Source: Vulcanimicrobiota bacterium (GTDB taxonomy: Bacteria > Vulcanimicrobiota > Vulcanimicrobiia > Eremiobacterales > Eremiobacteraceae). Taken from it: a stretch of 64,000 bases of DNA. Below, one piece after another: positions 29,496 to 39,903 of this stretch. The number at the start of each line of letters is the position of its first letter. The stretch's first letter is position 1. Made by a program: the position numbers and the translations under genes. The notes under the pieces are model-generated. The model was given only the letters and a program-made list of their open reading frames with translations. It was not told the DNA's origin and did not search any database. The stretch is taken from NCBI GenBank assembly GCA_963805945.1, contig CAWDVP010000001.1:224001-288000 (forward strand), given 5' to 3'.

Positions 29496-30826
29496 ACCCG
29501 GATATCTTCAAGAGCTACGACATCCGCGGCATCTACCCGGCTGAGTTCGACGAAGCGACGGCGGAGCGCATCGGCCGTGCCTACGTGCGCTACCTGCAGC
29601 CCGCGACCATCGGCGTCGGGCGCGACATGCGCGTGTCGTCTGAAACGCTGTTCCGAGCCTTCGCGAAAGGCGCCACGGAACAGGGGGCCGATGTGGTCGA
29701 CCTCGGACTCACCTCCACTGACGAGTTCTACTTCGCCATCGGCCACTTCGGCTATCCGGCAGGCGCGATGATCACGGCGTCGCACAATCCCAAGGAGTAC
29801 AATGGGCTGAAGCTGTGCCGCGAGAACGCGATCGCGCTCTCCGGCGAGAGCGGCATCTTCGCCATCCGCGACCTCGCCATGGCAGGCGCGTTCGCGCCCG
29901 CCGCGCGCGCAGGCTCGATCACGGCGCTCGACCCGTTGCCGGCGTTCGTGGAGCACTGCCTGTCCTTCATCGATGTCGCGGCGATCCGGCCGCTGAAGAT
30001 CGCCGTCGACGCAGGCAACGGCATGGCGGGTCACATCGTGCCGGCGGTCTTCAAGCGCCTGCCGGTGGAGCTCATCCCGCTCTACTTCGACCTCGACGGC
30101 TCGTTTCCGAACCATCCGGCCAGCCCGATCGAACCTGAGAACATGGCCGACCTCCAGGCCGCGGTGCGTGCCAACAACGCCGACCTCGGCGCGGCGTTTG
30201 ACGGCGACGCCGACCGCGTCTTCATCACCGACGAGCACGGCGCGCTCATCGGCGGCGATATGGTCACCTCGCTCGTCGCAAAAGAACTGCTCCTCAGCCA
30301 CCCCGGCGCGACGATCCTCTACAATCTGATCTGCTCGCGCAGCGTGCCGGAGATCATCGCCGCCAACGGCGGCGTGCCCGTACGCACGCGCGTCGGCCAC
30401 TCGCACATCAAGGCGATCATGCGCGAGCGCGATGCGGTGTTCGGCGGCGAGCACTCGGGGCATTTCTACTTCCGCGACAACTACTTCGCCGACTCGGGCC
30501 TCATCGCGCTGCTGCTCGTGCTGCAGTTGGTCTCGCGGCAAGACGCGCCGCTGAGCGCATTGCTGCGGCCGCTCGACACGCGCGTGCGCAGCGGCGAGAT
30601 CAACAGCCGGGTGCGCGACAGCGCGGCCACGATGGCGGAGCTCGAACGCCGCTACGCCGACGCGCGAATCGATCATCTCGACGGCGTCACCATCCAGTAC
30701 GACACGTGGTGGGCCAACGTGCGGCCCTCGAACACCGAGCCGCTGCTGCGGCTCAACGTGGAAGCCGACGACGCAGTGACGCTGGCCGCCAAGCGCGACG
30801 AGCTGCTCGCCATCATCCGGTCGTAG
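29492..30826 (+). CDS. Phosphomannomutase/phosphoglucomutase
   Basis: IFKSYDIRG, TASHNP, FDGDADR, GGEHSGH and VRPSNTEP. Confidence 0.94.
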   Translation: MNPDIFKSYDIRGIYPAEFDEATAERIGRAYVRYLQPATIGVGRDMRVSSETLFRAFAKGATEQGADVVDLGLTSTDEFYFAIGHFGYPAGAMITASHNPKEYNGLKLCRENAIALSGESGIFAIRDLAMAGAFAPAARAGSITALDPLPAFVEHCLSFIDVAAIRPLKIAVDAGNGMAGHIVPAVFKRLPVELIPLYFDLDGSFPNHPASPIEPENMADLQAAVRANNADLGAAFDGDADRVFITDEHGALIGGDMVTSLVAKELLLSHPGATILYNLICSRSVPEIIAANGGVPVRTRVGHSHIKAIMRERDAVFGGEHSGHFYFRDNYFADSGLIALLLVLQLVSRQDAPLSALLRPLDTRVRSGEINSRVRDSAATMAELERRYADARIDHLDGVTIQYDTWWANVRPSNTEPLLRLNVEADDAVTLAAKRDELLAIIRS

Positions 30827-30832
30827 CCGTCA

Positions 30833-32056
30833 GTGCTCGGCGCCGACCGCTACCGTGCGCTGTTCTCCAATCGCGCGGTCGCGCTGCTGGTGGCCGCGCT
30901 CGTGTTCTCGCGCATCGGCGACCAGTTCGTCGCCATCGGCCTGCTGTGGGCCACGCTCGAGATCACGCACAGCGCCGCGGCGGCCGGCGTGGTGCTCGCG
31001 GCGTACACCACCGCGCTCATCATCGCCGGCATCGGCGCCGCGTCGCTGCTCGACCGCTACCCGCGCAAGCCGCTCATGCTGCTCGACAACGCCGCGCGCG
31101 CCATCTGCATCGGGGGCTTGGCGTGGGCCGGCATCGCCCACACGCTCACCCTGCCGCTGTTGGTCGGCCTTTCACTGGTCGCGGGTTTCGCCAGCGCGAT
31201 CACCGTCGTCGGCACGCGCGCATATTTGCCGACGCTCGTGCCGGAAGAACTGCTCACCTCGGTGTTCGCCGTCGACTCCACGCTGTACCAGGTGGCGGCC
31301 ATCGCCGGGCCTGCGCTCGCCGGTCTTGTCACCGCGCGCTTCGGCGCGAGCTGGTCGCTGGCAACGGGCGCTGCCTGCTTCGTGCTCTTCGTGCTGGTCG
31401 CCGCGGCGATTCCGGCCGGCGCGCTCGATGAAGGCATCCCGCCTGAGGCGCGCCCGCTCTCGGTGAACGACGAGCTGCTCGGCGCACGCTTCATCCTCAC
31501 CAACCCGGTGCTGCGCGGCGTCACCGCGCTCACCGTCATCGCCAATTTCTTCTTCGGCATCTGCATCGTCGGGCTGGCGTTCCTGAGCAGGGACGTCTTC
31601 GGCCGCGCTGCCGGCGGACAGGGCATCATGCTCACGGCGTTGGCCGTCGGGGCGCTGCTCGCCGGTATCTGGCTCGGCGCCGGACACTGGCACCGTCCGC
31701 GCGGCCTTTCGTTTATCGGCGTGAACGTGCTCATCGGCGTGCTCGCCATCGCGATCGGCCTCGCGCCGACCATCCTCCTCGCCTGCGCCCTGCTCGTGGC
31801 CTTCGGCGCAGCTGACGCGGCGTTCTTCATATGGATGTCGGAGATGCGCCAGCGCACGCCGCCGCCGGAGCTGCTCGCGCGGGTCATCAGCGCTTCGATG
31901 ATCCTCAACGTGGTCTCGGTCCCGTTCGCGAGCGCGGTCACCGGCTTCGCCGTGACCGGCATCGGCGTGCGGCCGATGTTCGTCGTCGCGGGTGCCGCGC
32001 TGGCGCTGTGCGCAGCGCTCTTCCTGCGCGACGAGGCCTTGCGGCAGGCGCCCTAG
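30833..32056 (+). CDS. MFS transporter
   Basis: About 12 hydrophobic segments; motif-A-like LLDRYPRKPLM. Confidence 0.88.
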   Translation: MLGADRYRALFSNRAVALLVAALVFSRIGDQFVAIGLLWATLEITHSAAAAGVVLAAYTTALIIAGIGAASLLDRYPRKPLMLLDNAARAICIGGLAWAGIAHTLTLPLLVGLSLVAGFASAITVVGTRAYLPTLVPEELLTSVFAVDSTLYQVAAIAGPALAGLVTARFGASWSLATGAACFVLFVLVAAAIPAGALDEGIPPEARPLSVNDELLGARFILTNPVLRGVTALTVIANFFFGICIVGLAFLSRDVFGRAAGGQGIMLTALAVGALLAGIWLGAGHWHRPRGLSFIGVNVLIGVLAIAIGLAPTILLACALLVAFGAADAAFFIWMSEMRQRTPPPELLARVISASMILNVVSVPFASAVTGFAVTGIGVRPMFVVAGAALALCAALFLRDEALRQAP

Positions 32057-32082
32057 CCTCGGCTGCGTGAACTAGGACGGCT

Positions 32083-33198
32083 ATGGGTGGACGCACGATC
32101 GGCCACGCGCTGCTCGCGATCGGCGACGGCACGGCGCATCAAGGCTGTATCCGCATCGAGGGCGGCACGATCTCACGTCTCGACGACGGCCCACACCATC
32201 TCGACTTCGAGCTGCCCTTCGGCAGCACCATCACGCCGGGGCTCATCGACCTGCACGTGAACGGCGCCGATCGTCACTGGTTCAACCGCGAGCCGCTCGA
32301 AGCGATGCATGCGTTGGCGACCGGCGGGCCGCGTTACGGACTCACCTCGTATCTTCCCACCGTGATCACCGGACCGTGGGATCAGATGCTGCGTTCGGCG
32401 CGCGAGCTGTTCCGCCAGATCGAGTTGCCGTCCGAAGGAGCGCGCGCGCTCGGCGTCCATTTCGAAGGACCGTTCCTCAACCCGATGTATCGCCGCTTCC
32501 ATCCGGCCGAGCACTTGCTCACGCCTACTCCCGGGCGCATCGAAGCGTTGCTCGAGTGCTGGACGAGCGGCCGTTGCCGCGTCACGATGGCGCCAGAGGT
32601 CGACGACGGTACCCGCGCCGCAGCCGAGCTACGGCGACATGGCGTGGTGCTGTCCGCCGGGCATACCGCCGCCGACTTCGCCGCGGGCGTCGCGGCGATC
32701 GAGCATGGCTACCGCATCCTCACGCACTCGTTCAACGCGATGCCGGGCCTGCATCATCGGGCTTCTTCCATCTTAGTGGCATATCTGCTGGATAGCGCCG
32801 CGCTGTGCGAGGTCATCGCCGACGGCGTCCACGTCTTGCCCGAGCACGTCGCGCTGCTGTATCGTCTCAAGGGGCTTAACCTCGTGCTGTCCACCGATAT
32901 GATGCCCGTCGGCGCCGGGCTGACGCACGAGGGCGGCGTCGTGCGCGATCTCGACGGCGTGATCGCCGGCAGCGATCTCCGTCCGGATGCCGCGGTCCGC
33001 AACCTCATGGCGGCGACAGGCATCACGCTCGCAGAGGCGGTCGCCTGCGCGACCTGGGCGCCGGCGCGCGCGCTGGGTCTCGATGCGGAGATGGGCATGC
33101 TGCGCGAGGGGCTGCGCGCCGACCTCGCGGTGTGGGATCGGCACAACCGCATCTCGCACGTGTTCGTGGGAGGCGAGCTTGTATACGCGGACGGCTAG
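32083..33198 (+). CDS. nagA: N-acetylglucosamine-6-phosphate deacetylase
   Basis: PGLIDLHVNG, HFEGPFL, AGHT, THSFNAM and IADGVH. Confidence 0.88.
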   Translation: MGGRTIGHALLAIGDGTAHQGCIRIEGGTISRLDDGPHHLDFELPFGSTITPGLIDLHVNGADRHWFNREPLEAMHALATGGPRYGLTSYLPTVITGPWDQMLRSARELFRQIELPSEGARALGVHFEGPFLNPMYRRFHPAEHLLTPTPGRIEALLECWTSGRCRVTMAPEVDDGTRAAAELRRHGVVLSAGHTAADFAAGVAAIEHGYRILTHSFNAMPGLHHRASSILVAYLLDSAALCEVIADGVHVLPEHVALLYRLKGLNLVLSTDMMPVGAGLTHEGGVVRDLDGVIAGSDLRPDAAVRNLMAATGITLAEAVACATWAPARALGLDAEMGMLREGLRADLAVWDRHNRISHVFVGGELVYADG

Positions 33199-34229
33199 AG
33201 CGCGACGATCTCTCCCACGACCGTGCCCGCATAGTTCTTGATCTTCGGCCGTCGATGACGTGCGAGCGCGTCGAGCTGGCCGGCGTCGAGCAGCGCATGC
33301 CGCGCAAGGGTTTCGACGACGAACGGCCCGACCGCCCGATAGTTGCCGTCGGCCACTTTGACCGCGAGCCCCATACCGGCGCGCAGCGCCGACGTCGCGT
33401 GATACCCTTCGGCGCCGCCCTTGCTCAGCAGCGTGCCGTCCGCCGCCAGCATGAGGTCGGTGTCGAATCTGCCCGTGCCAGCCACGTACTGCGGAAAGCT
33501 CGTCATCGCGCGGACGACGCGCGTGACGGGCGCGCGCCACGCCGGGCCGAAGCGCTCCGGATCGGAGAATTTCGCGAAACACACGGCCGCGTTGCGCATC
33601 GGCACGCCGATGACCGGGATGCCGCAGCCATCGACGCCGATCGCCATATCGGGCTCATCGACGTCGAGCAGTGCCGCGCACGCTGAAAGGATCTCGCGCT
33701 GGGCCCGATGGTCCGGCGAACGATAGCCGTGCGGCGCATAGCCGCGATGCACCGCCAGCGCGAGGATAGAGGCGTGCTTGCCCGAGCAGTTGTTATGGAT
33801 GCGCCCCGGCTTTTCGCCGGCGGCGGCGAGCGCCGCGGCGCTCGGTTCGTGCAACGGCGGATGCGGACCGCACTCGAGCGCGCTTTCAGTCAGGCCGATC
33901 TTCGCGAGCATGCTGCGCACGGCGGCGATGTGATACGGCTCGCCGCTATGCGACCCTGCCGCGACCGCCAGTTCTTCATCGGTGAATCCGAAGCGCTCCG
34001 CTGCGCCCGAGGCGACGACCGCAGCGCAGATGAGCGGTTTGGCGGATGAGCGCATGAACGCCGGGCCGTCGATGTCGCCGGCCGCGTCGAGCAGCGTCCC
34101 ATCGGCGCGCGCCAGGGCCTTTCGGACGAAATGCTCGCTTTCGACGACACCGCCGCGCGTCACCACGACAGCAGGCGTCGTGCCTGTGTCGAACGGCGTC
34201 AAGGTCCCGACGTCGCGCTTGGCGGACAT
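33195..34229 (-). CDS. Asparaginase (Rhizobium AnsA-type family)
   Basis: RSSAKP, SHSGE, NNCSGKH, DGCGIP and SKGGAEG. Confidence 0.85.
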   Translation of the reverse strand: MSAKRDVGTLTPFDTGTTPAVVVTRGGVVESEHFVRKALARADGTLLDAAGDIDGPAFMRSSAKPLICAAVVASGAAERFGFTDEELAVAAGSHSGEPYHIAAVRSMLAKIGLTESALECGPHPPLHEPSAAALAAAGEKPGRIHNNCSGKHASILALAVHRGYAPHGYRSPDHRAQREILSACAALLDVDEPDMAIGVDGCGIPVIGVPMRNAAVCFAKFSDPERFGPAWRAPVTRVVRAMTSFPQYVAGTGRFDTDLMLAADGTLLSKGGAEGYHATSALRAGMGLAVKVADGNYRAVGPFVVETLARHALLDAGQLDALARHRRPKIKNYAGTVVGEIVAL

Positions 34230-34327
34230 GCTTCGTGCCACGGCCTTCGCTGGTTCGCACAAAGGCGGCGCATCGCCTCGCATCACGCCACAGGGCGTCC
34301 CCGGCGCACCAAAGAACCGTCGAACCC

Positions 34328-35341
34328 ATGTCTTCGCCACCGCCCGGCGCGCCGACGCTTGAAGCCTCGGAGGCCGCCGCCCGCCTGCGCCCATTGAGCA
34401 TCGGCGAGATATTCGATCGCGCCTTCACCATCTATTTCCGCCACGTCCTCACCTTCGCGTCGCTCTTGCTCGTCGTCATCGTCCCGCTTTCGTTCGTGTA
34501 CTACTTCATGGCGCACGGCCTGCTCCAAGCCTATGTCGATCTCGTGTCCGACGCCTTCAAGCATCCTTCGACGCCGCCCGATCCAAGCATCATCCAGAAC
34601 GCCATCACGCCGTCGTATTTCGCTTGGGCCGGCCTATACTACGCGATCGCCTTCTTCGGGATCCCGCTCGCCAACGCGGCGGTCGTGTCCGGCGTGTCGC
34701 GCGCGTACCTCGGCCTGCCGGTGCGCTTCAGCGAATGCTATGCGGACGCGCGCAAGCGCTGGGGCTACGTGCTCATCCTCTCCATATTGTGGTTCATCGC
34801 GGTCGTCGCGGTCGCGTTCGCCGCCGGCTTCCTCATCGTCGTGGTCGTCGCGGTGTCGGTCGGGATCGGCGCGGTCCTCAAGGTCTTGGGCATCGTCCTC
34901 GGCGCGATCTTCGGCATCGCGTTCAGCATCGCGTTCACCGGCCTCATCATCATGAGCTACATGGCGTTCGCGTCCTCGTTCATCGCATGCGTGCTCGAAC
35001 AGGCCGATCCGGTGAAGTCGTTCGGCCTCGGCATCACACGCGTCTTCGGCGGTGGTCAGTTCTGGCGGTCGCTGCTGCTCGCGTTCGCCATCGGCGCGCT
35101 CGGGATCGGCTTCGTGCTCGTCGCCTATCTGATCGGCGGCCTCGCGTTTTGGCTCACCAAGTCCATCTTTCTCTTCCTCGCCGTCTTCCAGCTCACCAAC
35201 GTGTTCTTCATCGGCTTCGCCTTCGTGACGGTCGCGCTGTATTATTACGACGTGCGCATCCGCCGTGAAGGCTTCGACTTGCAGCTGCTCGCCGCTCAGC
35301 TCGCCGCCACATCCCCAGCATCGCCGCCGGCCTCGCCGTGA
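34328..35341 (+). CDS. Integral membrane protein of the MoxR cluster
   Basis: LRPLSIGEIFDRAFTIY...YYDVRIRREGFDL; multiple transmembrane helices. Confidence 0.75.
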   Translation: MSSPPPGAPTLEASEAAARLRPLSIGEIFDRAFTIYFRHVLTFASLLLVVIVPLSFVYYFMAHGLLQAYVDLVSDAFKHPSTPPDPSIIQNAITPSYFAWAGLYYAIAFFGIPLANAAVVSGVSRAYLGLPVRFSECYADARKRWGYVLILSILWFIAVVAVAFAAGFLIVVVVAVSVGIGAVLKVLGIVLGAIFGIAFSIAFTGLIIMSYMAFASSFIACVLEQADPVKSFGLGITRVFGGGQFWRSLLLAFAIGALGIGFVLVAYLIGGLAFWLTKSIFLFLAVFQLTNVFFIGFAFVTVALYYYDVRIRREGFDLQLLAAQLAATSPASPPASP

Positions 35342-36366
35342 CCCGCGCCATCGCGGCCGCTTTCGGCGGTCTTATGCTCGCGCTCGTGCTCGCGCTCGCG
35401 TCCGCGCCCGCCGCCCGCGCTGACGACGCCGCGTACCGTGCGAGCCTGCTCGCGTCGGCCGCGACCCTCGAGGCTGCCGAAAAGGTCCAACGGCAGGGCG
35501 TATCCGTGCCGGACCTCCATCTGCCGCCGGCGCCGCTGCCGGGGCCGCCGCGCTTCTCACCGTCGCTCGACGATTGGTTGCAGGCGCAACTCGCCGACGT
35601 GCGGCATGCGAAGAGCTGGCGCGAGCGCATCCGCCGCTTGCGCGAGATGTCGAAGACGCTGCGCCGCACCGCGCTCGCGGATCAGGGGGCCGGCGCCGCG
35701 CCGGCGCCGGCGCACGCGGTCGACCAGACCATCGCCTCCGTGCTCGCGCAGGCCGCCTATCACCAACAGGAATCGACGAAGCAGGCGCAGATCCACAAGT
35801 CGCTGTGGCAGCGCTTCGTCGAATGGCTGGCGGGCGAGGTCGACAAGCTGTTCAGCGCGATCGCCAACGCGGCGGCGGGCGCGCCGATCCTGGGCCAGAT
35901 CATCGTCGTACTGCTCGTCGCGGCGTTCCTCGCGCTCGTCGCCACCGTCGCATACCGGCTCGCGCGGTACTTCGCGAGCGCGCGACGGGACAGAGCAGCG
36001 GTCGACGCCGGCGAACTGCTTGAGGGTCGCCCCGACCCGGACGAACTGTACGCGCAAGCACGCGACGCGGCTGCGCGACGCCGCTACGCCACAGCCGTCG
36101 CATTCGCATTCCGGGCAAGCCTGCTCCAGCTCGACGCGAAGGGGCTCATCGCGTTCGATCCGTCGCGTACCGCGGGCGAGTATCGGCGCGCGGTGTGGCG
36201 CGCGCGATCGGGCGCGGCGGCACCCTTCGACGAGCTCGCGCACGCCTTCACCCTCGCCGCGTACGCGGAAGCGCCCACGGATGAACGCGATTGGCGCGAT
36301 GCCGATGCGGCGTACCAGCGCTTCGAGCCGTTGCTCGGCCCACGCGTGGGAAGCGGCGCGCGGTGA
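35338..36366 (+). CDS. DUF4129-type protein
   Basis: Signal peptide, transmembrane helix, C-terminal SRTAGEY...FTLAAY; cluster context. Confidence 0.7.
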   Translation: MTRAIAAAFGGLMLALVLALASAPAARADDAAYRASLLASAATLEAAEKVQRQGVSVPDLHLPPAPLPGPPRFSPSLDDWLQAQLADVRHAKSWRERIRRLREMSKTLRRTALADQGAGAAPAPAHAVDQTIASVLAQAAYHQQESTKQAQIHKSLWQRFVEWLAGEVDKLFSAIANAAAGAPILGQIIVVLLVAAFLALVATVAYRLARYFASARRDRAAVDAGELLEGRPDPDELYAQARDAAARRRYATAVAFAFRASLLQLDAKGLIAFDPSRTAGEYRRAVWRARSGAAAPFDELAHAFTLAAYAEAPTDERDWRDADAAYQRFEPLLGPRVGSGAR

Positions 36367-37598
36367 AGCAGCCGTTCCCTTGGGCTGAGACGATCATCTT
36401 GAGCTTGGCGGTCGCGTCGCTGCTGCTGATCACGTATGCGAACGCACGGCGCCAGGCGGCGCAAGCGCCGCGCTACGACACGTTCTCCTCGTATGACGCG
36501 CACACGGGCGGCTATCGCGCATGGTACGAGCTCCTCCAGCGCGAGGGCATCCACGTCACCCGCTTCGAGCGGCGCCCCGCCTTCCTCGACGATTCGATCG
36601 GCACGCTCATCGCATCCGCCAACACCATGGAGACGGTCCTGCGCGGCCAGGCCACCGGCGACGTGACCGGCTCGCTTCAGGCGATCGACATCGAGAACTT
36701 GAAGCGATGGGTCCAAGCGGGCGGCCGCCTTGTATGGGTCAGCGACGGCTCGTCGGATGAGCCGCTCGTGCAGACGTCCCTGATCGATTCCGGCCAGCAG
36801 CGCGACGACGCTGTGCCGCTGGCTCGTGCACCGGTCACTCAAGACGTGACGTCGGTATCGGGCCCCGGGCAGCGGCGCGTGGCGTACGGGGCCAACGCGC
36901 GCCTGGAGCCCCTCATCGGCGACGGTTCCGGCGCCGTGGTGGCGGACTATCCGTTGGGCAAGGGCCGCATCATCGTCGTCACGGATCAGAATCTCTTCGA
37001 CAACAAGCACATCGCCGCGGCCGGCAACGCCCAGCTCGCGCTCAACCTCGCAACCGGCGGGCCGCGCGGCTCCGTCGCCTTCTTCGAATGGGTGCACGGC
37101 TACGCGGCGGGCGGTTCCTGGTGGACCATCCTCCCCATGCCGGTGCGCGCGGCGGTGATCATCGTCCTCGTGGCCGCCCTGCTGCTGCTCGTCGGCACCG
37201 CGTTGCGCTTCGGCCCGACCGCACGTCTACCAGAAGATGCCGAGCGCACATCGGCGGAGTATCTGTCGTCGATGGCGCAGTTGCTCGCGCGGGGCAAGGC
37301 GGCGCGCAAGGCGATCGGCGACCTTGCCGCCGTCACGCTGCGCGATGTCGCGACCGCGCTCGGGCTGACGGAGCGTGCGACCGTCGCCGAACTGGTGACA
37401 CGGCTGAGCTTCGGCCAGGACGGCGAGGCCCGCGTGGAGCAGTTGCGCGAGCTCGACCGCATACGCGCGCTCGCTCATCCGAGCGACGCCGACCTCATAC
37501 GTGCGGCGCAGATATGCGCGCTCTTACGAAAGGAATACACGCGTTATGGCCGCATCGGCTTCGGTCGTCGCCCAGCGCCTCTCCGCCGGTCTGCATAA
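36363..37598 (+). CDS. DUF4350-type protein
   Basis: SSYDAHTGGYRAW, WVQAGGRLV, LGKGRIIVV, FFEWVHG and RFGP. Confidence 0.72.
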   Translation: MKQPFPWAETIILSLAVASLLLITYANARRQAAQAPRYDTFSSYDAHTGGYRAWYELLQREGIHVTRFERRPAFLDDSIGTLIASANTMETVLRGQATGDVTGSLQAIDIENLKRWVQAGGRLVWVSDGSSDEPLVQTSLIDSGQQRDDAVPLARAPVTQDVTSVSGPGQRRVAYGANARLEPLIGDGSGAVVADYPLGKGRIIVVTDQNLFDNKHIAAAGNAQLALNLATGGPRGSVAFFEWVHGYAAGGSWWTILPMPVRAAVIIVLVAALLLLVGTALRFGPTARLPEDAERTSAEYLSSMAQLLARGKAARKAIGDLAAVTLRDVATALGLTERATVAELVTRLSFGQDGEARVEQLRELDRIRALAHPSDADLIRAAQICALLRKEYTRYGRIGFGRRPAPLRRSA

Positions 37599-38565
37599 GA
37601 TCGTCGTCGGCCAGGACGACGCGATCTTCGCGCTGCAGCTCGCGCTGCTCGCGGCCGGCCATGCGCTGATCGAAGGCGTGCCCGGCACCGCGAAGACGCT
37701 CATCGTGCGCGTGCTCGCGCTCCTGCTCGGCGCGGACTTCCGGCGCATCCAGTTCACGCCGGACCTGATGCCCTCCGACGTCGTCGGCACGACGGTGTTC
37801 AATCCCAAGAGCGGCGAGTTCTTCACCCGCAAGGGACCGATCTTCACGAACCTGCTGCTCGCCGACGAGATCAACCGGACGCCGCCCAAGACGCAGTCGG
37901 CGATGCTCGAGGCGATGGAGGAGCGCCAGGTGACGATCGACGGCGTCTCTTTCCCGCTGCCGACGCTGTTCATGGTGTGCGCCACGCAGAACCCGGTGGA
38001 ATACGAGGGCACCTATCCGTTGCCCGAGGCGCAGCTCGACCGCTTCATGGTCAAGTGCGCCACGGATTACCCTGCCGAGAGCGAAGAAACAATTCTGCTC
38101 GAGCGCGTCGCCGCCGGCTTCGACGCGCGCTTTCTCGAGCGCGAAGGCATCACGGCGCTGGTCACCGAGGGCGAGATCGAGGCGGCGCGACAGGATGTGC
38201 GTGCGGTGCACGTGGCGCCGGGACTGCGCAAATACATCCTCGACGTCGTCACCGCGACACGCCAGGCCGCCGACGTGAGCCTCGGAGCGAGCCCGCGCGC
38301 CGGCATCCAGCTGCTCGTCGCGGCGCAAGCCGCCGCAGCGATGGACGGGCGCGACTTCGCCACGCCCGATGATGTCAAAGCCACCGCGCACTTCGTGCTC
38401 GCGCATCGGCTCCTCGTCCGGCCCGAAGCGGAGATCGAAGGGCTGAGCGCTTCCGATGTGGTGAAGCGGACGTTGGACTCGGTGACCGTGCCCAAAGATG
38501 CGTCGCCGTCCGCCGCGCCTGGCGCTGCGCCGGAAGGACCCGCGCAACCGGCCGCCGGCGAGTGA
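37546..38565 (+). CDS. MoxR family AAA+ ATPase
   Basis: EGVPGTAKT, RIQFTPDLMPSD, LADEINR and ATQNPVEYEGTYPLPEAQLDRF. Confidence 0.95.
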   Translation: MAASASVVAQRLSAGLHKIVVGQDDAIFALQLALLAAGHALIEGVPGTAKTLIVRVLALLLGADFRRIQFTPDLMPSDVVGTTVFNPKSGEFFTRKGPIFTNLLLADEINRTPPKTQSAMLEAMEERQVTIDGVSFPLPTLFMVCATQNPVEYEGTYPLPEAQLDRFMVKCATDYPAESEETILLERVAAGFDARFLEREGITALVTEGEIEAARQDVRAVHVAPGLRKYILDVVTATRQAADVSLGASPRAGIQLLVAAQAAAAMDGRDFATPDDVKATAHFVLAHRLLVRPEAEIEGLSASDVVKRTLDSVTVPKDASPSAAPGAAPEGPAQPAAGE

Positions 38566-39896
38566 AGCGGTTCGACGCCGCCTTCCCGTGGATCACCCTG
38601 CGTTTCGCGGGGTGGATGGTCGCGATCGCGTTCGTCATCGCGCTCGGCGCGGCGTGGCCTCCCCTCGTCTTATTCGGCGCTCTCGCCGCCGTCGTGCTGG
38701 CCGGCTTCGTGCTCTTCGACGTCAGCGCGGGTCCGCGCCGTGCCGACGTCCGCGTCGAACGCGAACCGCTCGAACATCTCGCGCTGCGTTCGCCCGGCGC
38801 GCTGCGCTACGCGATCGAGAACCGTTCTTCACTTCCCCTCCACTACAGCCTCGTCGACACGCCGGTGGACCATCTGCAGATGCCCGAAATGGCCCTGACC
38901 GGCGTCGTCGGAGCGGGGCGGCGCGTCAAGGTCGAACTTCCGGTGACGCCGCTCGAGCGAGGCCCGGCGGCGCTCGGGTCGCTCTACCTCAGCGCAGAGA
39001 ATCCGCTCGGGTTGGTGCAGCGGCGCTGGCGCTACGACGCAGCACAGGTCGCGCAGGTCTTCCCCGATCTTTCCGCGGTCGAGCGCTACGGCATGCTGGC
39101 GCGCCGCGGCCGGCTCGTCGAAGCGGGCTTCCGCAAGCTGCGCCTGCGCGGCGGCGGCGGCGAGTTCGACAGCCTGCGCGAGTGGCAGCCCGACGACGAG
39201 TTCCGCTCGATCGATTGGAAGGCGACCGCCCGGCGCAGCAAGCTGATGGTCGCGCAATACGACATCGAACGCAGCCAGACCGTGATGCTTGCGCTCGACG
39301 CCGGGCGCCTGATGACGCCGCGCATCGGCGGGCAGCGCAAGTTCGACTACGCGATCACCGCCGCGCTGTCGGTCGCTTCCATCGCCTCGCTCGCCGACGA
39401 CAAGGTGGGCCTCATGGCGTTCGCGGGCGACATCCGAGAACACATCGCGCCGCGTTCGGGCTCGCGCCACGTGGCGGGACTCGTGCGGCGCATCTACGAT
39501 CTGCAGCCGCGCTTCGAAGAATCGGACTACGCGGGCGCGTTCACGTACCTGCGGCGGCGCCAGCCCAAGCGCAGCCTGGTCATCTTCTTCACCGATATGT
39601 TCGACCCGGTCGCGTCGGCGAACGTGCTGTCCAACGTCGCGGTGCTCTCGCCCCGCCACCTCGTCATCTGCGTGCTGATGAACGACGAGGCGATCGAAGA
39701 CGCGTTGGGCGACGTGCCGCACACCGCGAACGACGCCTACCGCGCCTCGGTCGCAGCGACGCTGGGCGCCGAGCGGCGCAAGGCGGCGGCGCTGCTGCGA
39801 CAGCGCGGCATCGGCGTCATCGACGTGCCCGCCGCGGATCTCACGGTGTCGCTCATCAACGCCTACGTCGACGTGAAGGCCCGCAACCTGATCTGA
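38562..39896 (+). CDS. DUF58 domain protein (vWA-like)
   Basis: EFDSLREWQPDDEFRSIDWKATAR and LDAGRLM. Confidence 0.9.
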   Translation: MKRFDAAFPWITLRFAGWMVAIAFVIALGAAWPPLVLFGALAAVVLAGFVLFDVSAGPRRADVRVEREPLEHLALRSPGALRYAIENRSSLPLHYSLVDTPVDHLQMPEMALTGVVGAGRRVKVELPVTPLERGPAALGSLYLSAENPLGLVQRRWRYDAAQVAQVFPDLSAVERYGMLARRGRLVEAGFRKLRLRGGGGEFDSLREWQPDDEFRSIDWKATARRSKLMVAQYDIERSQTVMLALDAGRLMTPRIGGQRKFDYAITAALSVASIASLADDKVGLMAFAGDIREHIAPRSGSRHVAGLVRRIYDLQPRFEESDYAGAFTYLRRRQPKRSLVIFFTDMFDPVASANVLSNVAVLSPRHLVICVLMNDEAIEDALGDVPHTANDAYRASVAATLGAERRKAAALLRQRGIGVIDVPAADLTVSLINAYVDVKARNLI

Positions 39897-39903
39897 TCTA
39901 GGT